Program-made: the position numbers and the translations under genes | Source: Syntrophorhabdaceae bacterium | GTDB lineage: Bacteria > Desulfobacterota > Syntrophorhabdia > Syntrophorhabdales > Syntrophorhabdaceae | Assembly: GCA_963666485.2 (NCBI GenBank) | Contig: CAXXUO010000002.1 | Location: 160,001-224,000 of the forward strand | Direction of reading: 5' to 3' | DNA: 64,000 nt | Notes under the pieces: model-generated | What the model was told of the DNA's origin: nothing | What the model saw: only the letters and a program-made list of their open reading frames with translations | The model's database searches: none | Part shown: positions 19,990 to 28,454 of the stretch, piece by piece | Layout of the letters: each line of letters begins with the position of its first letter | Numbering within the stretch: position 1 is the stretch's first letter

Positions 19990-21348
19990 TTACTTTCTAT
20001 CCATTGCGGGCGCGTGTTCTGCCGGCAGCCCGAGTTCCTCGAGACGCCCGGCCAGGCATTCCTCGAGAGTCGGTGTTCCGCGGTCGCGGTACTCGTAGCG
20101 CACGCGAAGCGCGGGCTTGTTGACGGCAAGGACCCGAGTCAGATGAATGGGCGTCGCAAAAACGACGACGTCACATTCCGCGCGGTTTATCGTGCGCGCA
20201 AGGTCACCGATCTGGTCGGCGCTATATCCCATCGCCGGAAGAACAGGGCCTATATGAGGATACGCCGCATAAACCTGCTCTATCGTCCCGACGGCATATT
20301 CCCGCGGATCGACGATCTCTGCGGCCCCGCATTGCGATGCAGCTATGTATCCCGCCCCATAGGCCATCCCCCCGTGCGTCAGGGTAGGCCCATCTTCCAC
20401 GACCAGCACCCTCTTTCCCCGGATCCGTTCCGGGTCGGAGACGAGCACCGGGGATTCTGCGAAAAGGACCTTCGCCCCGGGGGCGTTAAGTTCAATGTTC
20501 CTGCGGACCTCTTCCGTATTCGCGGCGGGCGCCGTGTCCACCTTGTTGATGATCGCTATATCCGCCATCCTCATGTTCGTTTCACCGGGATAGTAGGCAA
20601 GCTCATGGCCCGCCCGGAGCGGGTCGAACAACACGATGTGCACGTCGGGCCGGTAGAACGGGGTGTCGTTGTTTCCGCCGTCCCACACGATGACGTCCCC
20701 TTCCCCCTCTGCGGCCGTGAGGATCCGGCCGTAATCCACCCCCGCGTAGACAGTGATCCCCATGTCTACAAGAGGCTCATATTCCTCAAGCTCCTCTATG
20801 GTGCACCTGCAGCGCTCGAAGTCTTCATGACGTGAAAACCGCTGGATTATCTGCTCCTCGAGGTTACCATAGGGCATGGGATGCCGGACAACGACCGCCT
20901 TTAACGCGCGGCTATTAAGTATCTCACACACCTTGCGGGTCGTCTGGGACTTGCCCGCACCCGTCCTGACAGCGCAGACGGCAACCACCGGCCTTTTGGA
21001 ACTGAGCATCGTATAGGTCGCCCCGATCAGGATAAAATCCGCCCCTTCCGCCATGACGGCGGAGGCCTTGTGCATCACGTCCAGGTGGGACACATCGCTG
21101 TACGAGAAGACAACAAGGTCGATCACGTGCTGCCGGATGAGGGCGGCAAGCTCGCCTTCAGGGTAGATAGGGACCCCCTCGGGGTAAAGGCCCCCGGAAA
21201 GTTGAGGAGGATAAACCCTCTGACCGATCCCCGGGATCTGCGCCATGGTAAAGGCAACGACCCTGTACCGGGGGTTGTCCCTGAAATATATATTGAAGTT
21301 ATGGAAATCGCGGCCCGCGGCACCCATGATGATGACCTTTTCAATCAT
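19990..21348 (-). CDS. arcE: COG2403 P-loop NTPase (cDPGS-like), probable arginine synthetase
   Basis: GAAGRDFHNFN, AVRTGAGKSQT (P-loop), RHPMPYG, WDGGNND, EDGPTLTHG; 2 bp upstream of arcC. Confidence 0.7.
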   Translation of the reverse strand: MIEKVIIMGAAGRDFHNFNIYFRDNPRYRVVAFTMAQIPGIGQRVYPPQLSGGLYPEGVPIYPEGELAALIRQHVIDLVVFSYSDVSHLDVMHKASAVMAEGADFILIGATYTMLSSKRPVVAVCAVRTGAGKSQTTRKVCEILNSRALKAVVVRHPMPYGNLEEQIIQRFSRHEDFERCRCTIEELEEYEPLVDMGITVYAGVDYGRILTAAEGEGDVIVWDGGNNDTPFYRPDVHIVLFDPLRAGHELAYYPGETNMRMADIAIINKVDTAPAANTEEVRRNIELNAPGAKVLFAESPVLVSDPERIRGKRVLVVEDGPTLTHGGMAYGAGYIAASQCGAAEIVDPREYAVGTIEQVYAAYPHIGPVLPAMGYSADQIGDLARTINRAECDVVVFATPIHLTRVLAVNKPALRVRYEYRDRGTPTLEECLAGRLEELGLPAEHAPAMDRK

Positions 21349-21428
21349 ATGGAAAACCTCCGCTCGACACGCCCGTCAGGGCTCCCCTCAAGCATGAGCC
21401 TTGAGGATGCCTCAACCCTATGTCATCA

Positions 21429-21437
21429 ATTATATCA
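21429..21437 (-). promoter_or_regulatory. Extended -10 element (TGn-TATAAT) upstream of the arcE-like gene and arcC
   Basis: TGATATAAT on the minus strand about 80 nt before the ATG. Confidence 0.45.
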
Positions 21438-21487
21438 GTGAATGCAGCTTTTCCCCGGTCATTCATCCGTGGGATAACTTTTTTCCG

Positions 21488-21673
21488 CTATTGTTCGTAG
21501 TGAATTGCCTCCACCGGGCAGGCCTCTGCAGCTTCAATGATCTTCGTGTCGAGCGTCAGGTCGGCGTCCTTGATTATAGTTGCGAGTTCCCCTTCAAGCA
21601 CGAAAACCTCGGGGCATATCTCTACACACGCCCCGCACGCTACGCAGGTGTCATCTACCGATACTTTTTTCAT
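21488..21673 (-). CDS. Single-cluster 4Fe-4S ferredoxin
   Basis: CVACGAC...CP and CPVEAI; 61 aa, acidic. Confidence 0.92.
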   Translation of the reverse strand: MKKVSVDDTCVACGACVEICPEVFVLEGELATIIKDADLTLDTKIIEAAEACPVEAIHYEQ

Positions 21674-21868
21674 CTTCCCCTCCCTGTTTTCTTTGCGAGG
21701 TGCCGTTTTGATGCGACGCTCCGCACCTCTTTCATTTCCTCAAAACCTATGACACCCGTATTGTTTTGTAAACGGCCTGTGCGCGCCGCCACGTGCAGGT
21801 CAGAAGAACCCGCCTCGCTGCACACCCGGTCGGCAGGAATGTCATGGGCCACCCCACCGGATCGAATA

Positions 21869-23500
21869 TCAGTGCTTATCCTGTTCGCTGCTCCGCAGGG
21901 AAAGGGCAAAATCGGGACAGATGTAGAGGCATTTCCGGCAACCCACGCACCGCTCGGTGTCCCGGGCGGCCACGGGCCGGTAACCGGCCGGATTGAAGGT
22001 ATCGGATGGGGAAAAAACATTGAGCGAACAGACCTCCCTGCAATACCCGCATTCCTTGCAGGCAAGGGGGTCCACCTCAACGGTAAACTGTCGAACGTCG
22101 CAGGCGAGGCACCGGAGAGCCTCGTCCACCGCCGTTTCGGGGCTGTACCCGACCTCCAGGGGGACCGGTGCCGCGACACGTTCGGCCGGGCTAACCGTTC
22201 CGGCACGGTGCCTCACGGTGCCCCTCGGCGACGGCTCGCACACGGTGAGGCCGGTGCCGCCCTCGCCGGCCCGGTCGATCACGCCCTCGCCGCCCAGAAA
22301 CCTGTCTATCGCAACAGCGGCCCTTCTGCCTTCGGCAATCGCGTGAATGATCGACGACGGGCCCGTGACCGCCTCACCCGCCGCAAATAAGCCCGGGGTA
22401 TGCGTCATCAGGTCATTGCCGGCATCGATGAGCCCTTCCTCTTTTGCCACACCGGTGACGTCGACGAAGCCCGTGTCCGGGGTCTGGCCTATGGCGAGGA
22501 TCACAGTGTCCGCATCGAGGTCGCGCGTGACAGACGGGTCGTACCGGGGGGCGAACCTGCCCTCGTCATCGAACACGGAGACACAGCGGATACAGCGGAC
22601 GCCTGTGACCTTGCCCTCCCTGCCGCGAAGGGCCTCAGGGCCCCATCCGTTCTCGACGACAATGCCCTCTTCGACGGCATCGGCAATCTCCCAGGAGTAG
22701 GCCGGCATTTCGCCCTGTTTTTCAAGACAGATGACGCGCACATCCTTTGCTCCGAGCCGCAGCGCGCTCATCGCAGCGTCGATCGCGACATTCCCCCCGC
22801 CGATGACGCAGACCTTCGCCCCCACAGGGACCGTATCGCCCTTCTTGACGGACCGCAGGAAGTCGAGGCCCCCATATACGCCTGTGAGTTCGGAACCCGG
22901 CAGCCCAAGTCTCTTGCTCAGCTGATTGCCCGATGCTATAAGGACCGCATCGTATTCGCCCGCGAGTTCGGCGACGCGGACTTCCTTGCCTCCGGAGAAC
23001 CTGACCCCGAGCCCGAAGATGAACCTCAGGTCGTTCTCGAGGACCTCCCGGGGAAGCCGGTACTCCGGGATGGCGGAGCGCAGCATGCCGCCGGCGAGTT
23101 CATCCTTCTCAAAGACCTCGACGGTGTGGCCGAGAAGGGCGAGGTAATAGGCGGCGGTGAGGCCGCACGGGCCGGACCCGATAATTGCCGCGTTCTTCCC
23201 CGTAGGCGCATTCGCGCACGGCGGCTGCCCTGATCCTCCACTCAACTCCCCGGCTGCCCGTTTCAGCATCCTGATCGCCACGGTCTCATCGAACTGGATG
23301 CGGGCGCACCGCGCCTCGCAGGGGTGGACACAGACGCGGCCGCACACGGCAGGAAAAGGGATCCTCTCCCGTATGACCTTAAGCGCGCCATCGAAATCCC
23401 CGTGCTGGATGTGCCTGATGTACCGGGGCACATCGATCCCTGCCGGGCAGTCTTCCCTGCATCGCGGCACAGCGTTCTTCGTGTCCTTCACATCTTCCAT
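21869..23500 (-). CDS. GltD/NfnB-like FAD/NAD(P) oxidoreductase with a C-terminal 2x4Fe-4S (OFOR delta-like) domain
   Basis: CREDCPAG, CGRVCVHPCE, GSGPCG, GGGNVAID, RCLAC, CKECGYC and CVGCRKC..CPDFA. Confidence 0.9.
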   Translation of the reverse strand: MEDVKDTKNAVPRCREDCPAGIDVPRYIRHIQHGDFDGALKVIRERIPFPAVCGRVCVHPCEARCARIQFDETVAIRMLKRAAGELSGGSGQPPCANAPTGKNAAIIGSGPCGLTAAYYLALLGHTVEVFEKDELAGGMLRSAIPEYRLPREVLENDLRFIFGLGVRFSGGKEVRVAELAGEYDAVLIASGNQLSKRLGLPGSELTGVYGGLDFLRSVKKGDTVPVGAKVCVIGGGNVAIDAAMSALRLGAKDVRVICLEKQGEMPAYSWEIADAVEEGIVVENGWGPEALRGREGKVTGVRCIRCVSVFDDEGRFAPRYDPSVTRDLDADTVILAIGQTPDTGFVDVTGVAKEEGLIDAGNDLMTHTPGLFAAGEAVTGPSSIIHAIAEGRRAAVAIDRFLGGEGVIDRAGEGGTGLTVCEPSPRGTVRHRAGTVSPAERVAAPVPLEVGYSPETAVDEALRCLACDVRQFTVEVDPLACKECGYCREVCSLNVFSPSDTFNPAGYRPVAARDTERCVGCRKCLYICPDFALSLRSSEQDKH

Positions 23501-23507
23501 TGAAGTT

Positions 23508-24077
23508 TTATCCCGGCTTCAATTGTTGAGCGATGAGGTTTTCGCCGAGACGAAGAGCTCTCACATTACCGGCAGCGGCGTCCGGGAATGTGTCGCTCAC
23601 AACGGCAATGAGGCTGTCCATGCGTATTATTCCTGTACGGGCGACCATGGCGCCGAGGGCAATGAGAGCTGCGGCACCCGGCCGGCCGAGTTCAGCCGCC
23701 AGCTTCGTAAAGGGAAACCCGCAAAAATTGTTTTCCCCGCGTTCTGCGAGGCACGTCGTATCGAAAATGACGAGCGGCCCCTTCCCGGCCCGGCCTTCAT
23801 AACGCCCGAAGGCCGTTTCGTTAAGCGCCAGCACGACGTCGGGTTCCTCGACCTGCTGAAATAGTATCTCTTCCGTATCGATGATAAGCTCTGATACAGA
23901 CTCACCGCCCCGCGCCGCAATACCGTACGACTGGGTCTGAACGACATTCCTGCCTTCCCTCACAGCACCTTCTCCTAAGAGCATGGCGGACACTATAAGG
24001 CCCTGGCCGCCTGCTCCTGCCAGGATGACCTCATAATGTTCTTTCTGCCGCTGTCTTTCCTGTTCCCGCAGGTCCAT
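23508..24077 (-). CDS. 2-oxoacid:ferredoxin oxidoreductase gamma subunit
   Basis: GAGGQG, QTQSYG..ARGG. Confidence 0.92.
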   Translation of the reverse strand: MDLREQERQRQKEHYEVILAGAGGQGLIVSAMLLGEGAVREGRNVVQTQSYGIAARGGESVSELIIDTEEILFQQVEEPDVVLALNETAFGRYEGRAGKGPLVIFDTTCLAERGENNFCGFPFTKLAAELGRPGAAALIALGAMVARTGIIRMDSLIAVVSDTFPDAAAGNVRALRLGENLIAQQLKPG

Positions 24078-24080
24078 GCG

Positions 24081-24902
24081 TCAGTCCTTCTTTGCCTTCG
24101 AACGGACTTCGTCATACCGCGCATTGAAATCCGGGTCGTCCCGGTCGACGAGCTTCCCGATGGGGAAAAAGCCGGCCTGTGCATCCGCGGTGAGCAGGTC
24201 GTACTCTTCTTTCGGCAAGGCCCTGTCCTTGATGGCCTTGAGCATATCGACCGGTGTCCCCATCCGGTTGTACTTCCCGTAATGCGTGGGACAGGGGCTC
24301 ATGACCTCGACGACGGAGAACCCTTTTTTCTTGAGGGCCTCTTTTATGTTCGCCTCGAGTTCGAACCCATGCCAGGGGGTTCCCCGTGCCACGTAGTTCG
24401 CGCCCGCAACACCGGCGAGGGCGCAGATATCGAAATCCCTCTCCGGGTTCGCATAGGCCGTGGTGCTCGTCAGCATGCCGAAAGGGGTGGTCCCGGAGAC
24501 CTGTCCGCCCGTCATGCCGAAATTGAAATTGTTCACGACGATCACGGTGACGTCGATGTTGCGGCGCGCGGCATGGATGAAATGGTTGCCCCCAATGGTG
24601 ACCGAGTCGCCGTCGCCCATGAGCACGACCACGTTCAAACGGGGGTTGAAGGCTTTCATTCCCGTCGCGAACGCGAGGGCCCTGCCGTGCGTTCCGTGAA
24701 AGCCGTTTGTCACCACGTAGTCATCCGCCTTGCCCCAACACCCGATGCCGGTCACGACGACGGTCTCCTCATTCCTGAGACCCAACGACGCGAAGGCGCG
24801 AAGAAGCGCGGAAAGGACGATGCCGTTGCCGCACCCCGGGCACCACATATGGGGCGTCACGCCCTCTTTCAAGTATCGCATTCCCGATGAAAAGTCCGTC
24901 AT
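24081..24902 (-). CDS. 2-oxoacid:ferredoxin oxidoreductase beta subunit
   Basis: WCPGCG, GIGC, HGRA, GDGD..IGGNH, GMTGGQ, SPCPT. Confidence 0.95.
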   Translation of the reverse strand: MTDFSSGMRYLKEGVTPHMWCPGCGNGIVLSALLRAFASLGLRNEETVVVTGIGCWGKADDYVVTNGFHGTHGRALAFATGMKAFNPRLNVVVLMGDGDSVTIGGNHFIHAARRNIDVTVIVVNNFNFGMTGGQVSGTTPFGMLTSTTAYANPERDFDICALAGVAGANYVARGTPWHGFELEANIKEALKKKGFSVVEVMSPCPTHYGKYNRMGTPVDMLKAIKDRALPKEEYDLLTADAQAGFFPIGKLVDRDDPDFNARYDEVRSKAKKD

Positions 24903-24904
24903 AG

Positions 24905-26047
24905 CTAAGCCATAATCATTGCAAGAATATCACGGGGCCGGATTATCTGCCCGTTGAAACTGTTCACTCCCTTTATGTCCCGCTCGGGGCCTAACACCCG
25001 TCGCACCTCGCCTGCCGCCTGCCCGGCATAGTTCATCTCCGGGACGATCACCCGCCTCGCCCCATGAGCGGCGCGGCGAACTTCTTTGTCAGGAAACGGC
25101 CAGAGGGTCTGAAGCTGGAGCACCCCGGCCTTGATGCCTTCTTTTCTTGCTTCCTTCGCCGCGGCCCGGCCCGCGCGCGTCGTGATCCCGTACGCGACGA
25201 TGACGACGTCCGCGTCGTCAACGTCAAACGTCCGCGTCATCACGATCTCGTCACGGTGCATGTCGATCTTGCGGTGGATCCGGCTGATCTTCCGGGCGGC
25301 ATTGGCCGGGTCGTTGTTGCTGAGTCCGTCGGGCCCGTGCATCGAGCTTGACACGTGGAACACATACGGGCTTCCGTACGCAGCGAGCGGTGCCACACCG
25401 TCTTCACCCGCCTCGAAGGGCTTATATTCTGACGGCGGAACGGAAGGTTGCTTCCTGTCGATTATCGCGAGTTCCCCCTCCTCGGGGACGGTGAGGTTCT
25501 CCCGCATGTGGGCGACGACCTCATCCGAAACGAGGATGACGGGGGTCCGGTATTTTTCCGACAGATTGAACGCCTGCACGGTGAGCTCAAAGCACTCGCG
25601 CACCGTGGCCGGGCAGAGGGCGATGAGCGTCTGGTCACCGTGCCGTCCCCACCGCACCTGCATGAAGTCCGCCTGCGCGGGCTTCGTGGCGAGTCCCGTA
25701 GACGGCCCTGACCGCTGGACATGAACAATGACGCACGGAACTTCAGCCATCACGGCCAGCCCCAGGTTCTCCTGCATGAGAGAGAACCCCGGGCCGCTCG
25801 TGGCGGTAAAGGCCTTCGCACCGGCAAGCGATGCCCCGATGACCGCGGCGATGCTCGCTATCTCGTCTTCCATCTGGATGTACATCCCCCCGACGCCGGG
25901 CAGGATGACCGAGCATTCTTCCGCTATTTCCGAGGAGGGCGTGATGGGGTATCCCGCATAGAACCGGGCGCCTGCATACAGGGCGCCCTTAACGATCGCC
26001 TGGTTGCCTTGAATCAGCGTCATTGCAGATTTTCCGGTATTATTCAC
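24905..26047 (-). CDS. 2-oxoacid:ferredoxin oxidoreductase alpha subunit
   Basis: GYPITPSSE, QMEDE, TATSGPGFSLMQE, QRSGPSTG. Confidence 0.95.
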   Translation of the reverse strand: MNNTGKSAMTLIQGNQAIVKGALYAGARFYAGYPITPSSEIAEECSVILPGVGGMYIQMEDEIASIAAVIGASLAGAKAFTATSGPGFSLMQENLGLAVMAEVPCVIVHVQRSGPSTGLATKPAQADFMQVRWGRHGDQTLIALCPATVRECFELTVQAFNLSEKYRTPVILVSDEVVAHMRENLTVPEEGELAIIDRKQPSVPPSEYKPFEAGEDGVAPLAAYGSPYVFHVSSSMHGPDGLSNNDPANAARKISRIHRKIDMHRDEIVMTRTFDVDDADVVIVAYGITTRAGRAAAKEARKEGIKAGVLQLQTLWPFPDKEVRRAAHGARRVIVPEMNYAGQAAGEVRRVLGPERDIKGVNSFNGQIIRPRDILAMIMA

Positions 26048-26070
26048 ACTATGGGCAGTATAGCATAAAA

Positions 26071-26277
26071 TGGGCTATGGGCGATGGGCTATGGGCGATG
26101 GGGAGGGAGGATGATCCGCCTGAAATGGGCGGTAGGCGAACGGGGCTTTGTTGTTTCCTATTGCCCATCACCTATTGCCCATTGCCCATCACCTATTGCC
26201 CATTGCCCATCGCCTATTGCCCATCACCCATCGCCTATTGCCCATCGCCCATTGCCCATCGCCTATTGCCCATCACC
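26071..26277. repeat. Inverted arrays of 7-bp repeats (GGCGATG/GGCTATG left arm; CCTATTG/CCCATCR/CCCATTG right arm, about 17 units)
   Basis: Seen directly; arms at about 26071-26103 and 26157-26277. Confidence 0.9.
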
Positions 26278-26344
26278 TCTTTTATTCATTGACACCCGAC
26301 GCTGCCGCATACTATAACCAACAAAAATATTGCGGAGGAACCGG

Positions 26345-26581
26345 ATGAAAAAAAGCCTCACGATCATTGCTGCCATTCTGATCATTCTTGCCGTTGCGTG
26401 CCCATCGTTCGCCGCACCAAAAAAGGGGCCTCCCTGGAAAGCCAGCGAAGAGCCGGCGGCAAAGGTCGAAAAAAGCAACACCATGACCAAACCCCAGAAG
26501 GCAGCGCCGGTCCAGGACAAAACGCCGGCAGCGAATAAAAAAACAGAAAAGGGATCATGGGATTGGGGAAACAAGAAATAG
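26345..26581 (+). CDS. Small secreted Lys/Ala/Pro-rich protein
   Basis: GGAGG RBS; Sec signal MKKSLTIIAAILIILAVACPSFA. Confidence 0.75.
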   Translation: MKKSLTIIAAILIILAVACPSFAAPKKGPPWKASEEPAAKVEKSNTMTKPQKAAPVQDKTPAANKKTEKGSWDWGNKK

Positions 26582-26630
26582 TGATCCATTGACAGCATCA
26601 CAAATATAAAATGTTCCAGGAGGAAACAAG

Positions 26631-26873
26631 ATGAAAAAACTTTTTACCGTTTTCTTTGTACTGTTCGTCGTCCTCACCTTCGCATGCGCATCCTTCGCAG
26701 CGACAATAAAGAAGGTCGATGAACCCGCAGTCAAGCTTCAGCCGGGCGAAGCCGCCACGAAGGTGGACAAAACCAACAAGGCCCAACAGTCAGTGAAAGA
26801 CAAGAAAGTCCCCCCGGTCAAGCCCAACGGAGCAGAAAAAGCCGGAGCAGCAAAAGCCGGAGCAGCAAAATAA
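26631..26873 (+). CDS. Small secreted Lys/Ala/Pro-rich protein
   Basis: AGGAGG RBS; Sec signal MKKLFTVFFVLFVVLTFACASFA. Confidence 0.75.
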   Translation: MKKLFTVFFVLFVVLTFACASFAATIKKVDEPAVKLQPGEAATKVDKTNKAQQSVKDKKVPPVKPNGAEKAGAAKAGAAK

Positions 26874-26885
26874 GAGGACTGGTAA

Positions 26886-26928
26886 AAGCAATGGGTAATA
26901 GGGATCTTTTTCTTATTACCCATTGCTT
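26886..26928. terminator. Hairpin between convergent genes, possible bidirectional terminator
   Basis: 15-bp perfect stem AAGCAATGGGTAATA/TATTACCCATTGCTT. Confidence 0.6.
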
Positions 26929-26930
26929 AT

Positions 26931-26974
26931 TTCGCCGTTAGCCGTACGCCGTTAGCCGTTAGCCGTTAGCCGTT
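26931..26974. repeat. TTAGCCG-type 7-bp tandem repeat overlapping the ppnP stop codon
   Basis: TTCGCCG-TTAGCCG-TACGCCG-(TTAGCCG)x3. Confidence 0.85.
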
Positions 26975-27280
26975 CCCATACGAACAGCAATAATCCGTCA
27001 GTGTCTTAACCTTCAAACTGAACTTCGACTCCCCGGGCACCTCAAACACATCCCCTTCCTTGAAGCTTGCCCACCCGGCGGCGCCGGGCAGCATCACGTC
27101 GAGGTCGCCGGCAAGGATCTCCATGATCTCCTTCTCGGCGGTGCCGAACTCATACTCCCCGGGGAACATGATCCCGAGGGTCTTTTTTGACCCGTCCGGG
27201 AAGATCACGGTACGGCTCGTGACCTTGCCCTCGAAATAGACGTTCGCTTTCTTGACGATCGTTACATTTTTGAATTCCAT
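26966..27280 (-). CDS. ppnP: Pyrimidine/purine nucleoside phosphorylase
   Basis: [24 protein letters not shown]...E.M, DYCCSY. Confidence 0.92.
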   Translation of the reverse strand: MEFKNVTIVKKANVYFEGKVTSRTVIFPDGSKKTLGIMFPGEYEFGTAEKEIMEILAGDLDVMLPGAAGWASFKEGDVFEVPGESKFSLKVKTLTDYCCSYGNG

Positions 27281-27326
27281 CGCAACCCCTTTCTTTTCCT
27301 GTTATCGGGACCCTTAGTTTATGTCC

Positions 27327-28316
27327 TTATCGGCCTGCGACGACGCGCAGTTCCGCGAGCAGGTTGTCTTCTACATCGATGATGCCTGATTCACGCCGCT
27401 CACGCGCGAGACGGCCTTCCCGCTCTCCCGGCATGCATATCTCTTCCACCCCGGGCAGCTTCTTTGTGGATGTGACCTTGCCTGCGATCTCTGCGACGTT
27501 GCGCACGAACGTGTCCCGATCCATAAGGAGCTCCGGGTCGATGGCAAACATCAGGTGTCCCCAGTTGCCCTTGCTGTCACCGAGCCCGCAGTATGCCGCG
27601 CCCACGAGCGGCCCGGCAAGGATCTCCGCCACGAGCGCGAGGCCCGATCCTTTGTAGCTGCGGTCGAAGGAACGGATGGCACCCTCGATCGCCTTTTGCG
27701 GATCGGTCGTCGGTTTTCCCTCGCTGTCGTACGCGAAATCGTCCGGGATGCTCCTGCCCGCCGTCTTCGCTTCCACGAGGCCGAAATAGGACGTCGCTGC
27801 CGTTGACATATCGAGCACGATGGGGTCCTGTGGGGCGGGGATGGCGACGGCCAGGGGGTTCGTACCGAACACGGGCTCGTACGATCCATACACGGCGACC
27901 CGCTGGGGTGAGCGGCTGAACGCGAAACCGATCATCCCGTCTTCTGCAAACCGCGAGGCGTAGTAGCCTATCGCGCCCGACGACGTGTTCGTGTTGAATG
28001 TCCCGACAATCGCGAACCCTGCTCTCCTGGCCTTTTCCCTCACGATCTCGACGGCCCTGCCCGCAACGAGCATGGCATGGTTCTTGTTGCCGTTGACCCG
28101 CGCTGAAATGGGCGTTTCCTTTTCGATCACGATCTGCCCGGCGTTCGGGTCTTTCGGGATGCCCGGCCCGATGAGCTTTACTATTCCCTGGTTGTTGTCC
28201 CGCAACTGGGCATAGAGAAGCACGTCGGCGATGATATTCACTTCGTCATCGTTATAGCCGAATTTTTTTATGGCACTGCGGGTCAGTTCTTCGAGTTCTT
28301 TAACGGGTATCTGCAT
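27327..28316 (-). CDS. Ldh_2 family oxidoreductase (malate/L-lactate/ureidoglycolate/DpkA-like)
   Basis: FGTNPLAVAIP, LDMST, PTTDP, YKGSGLAL, PGE motifs; AGGAG RBS at start 28316. Confidence 0.88.
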   Translation of the reverse strand: MQIPVKELEELTRSAIKKFGYNDDEVNIIADVLLYAQLRDNNQGIVKLIGPGIPKDPNAGQIVIEKETPISARVNGNKNHAMLVAGRAVEIVREKARRAGFAIVGTFNTNTSSGAIGYYASRFAEDGMIGFAFSRSPQRVAVYGSYEPVFGTNPLAVAIPAPQDPIVLDMSTAATSYFGLVEAKTAGRSIPDDFAYDSEGKPTTDPQKAIEGAIRSFDRSYKGSGLALVAEILAGPLVGAAYCGLGDSKGNWGHLMFAIDPELLMDRDTFVRNVAEIAGKVTSTKKLPGVEEICMPGEREGRLARERRESGIIDVEDNLLAELRVVAGR

Positions 28317-28454
28317 GATGATCTCCTGAAATGATATCTCCGGCCGCGTGGGCTCCACGGCGGCGCTCCGCCATTGTAATATGCCCGCTCTGTCCGCTTC
28401 AATGAAAAAGAGAAATGAAAAATACGGGGTGCCGATGCGAAGGGTCGGAACGCG

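Noticed and set aside
26023..26348. Cys/Pro/His-rich ORFs (PIAYCPSPIAH...) as metal-binding peptides or RiPP precursors
   Set aside because: The same peptide appears in all three frames, an artefact of translating a 7-bp repeat; no modifying enzymes nearby
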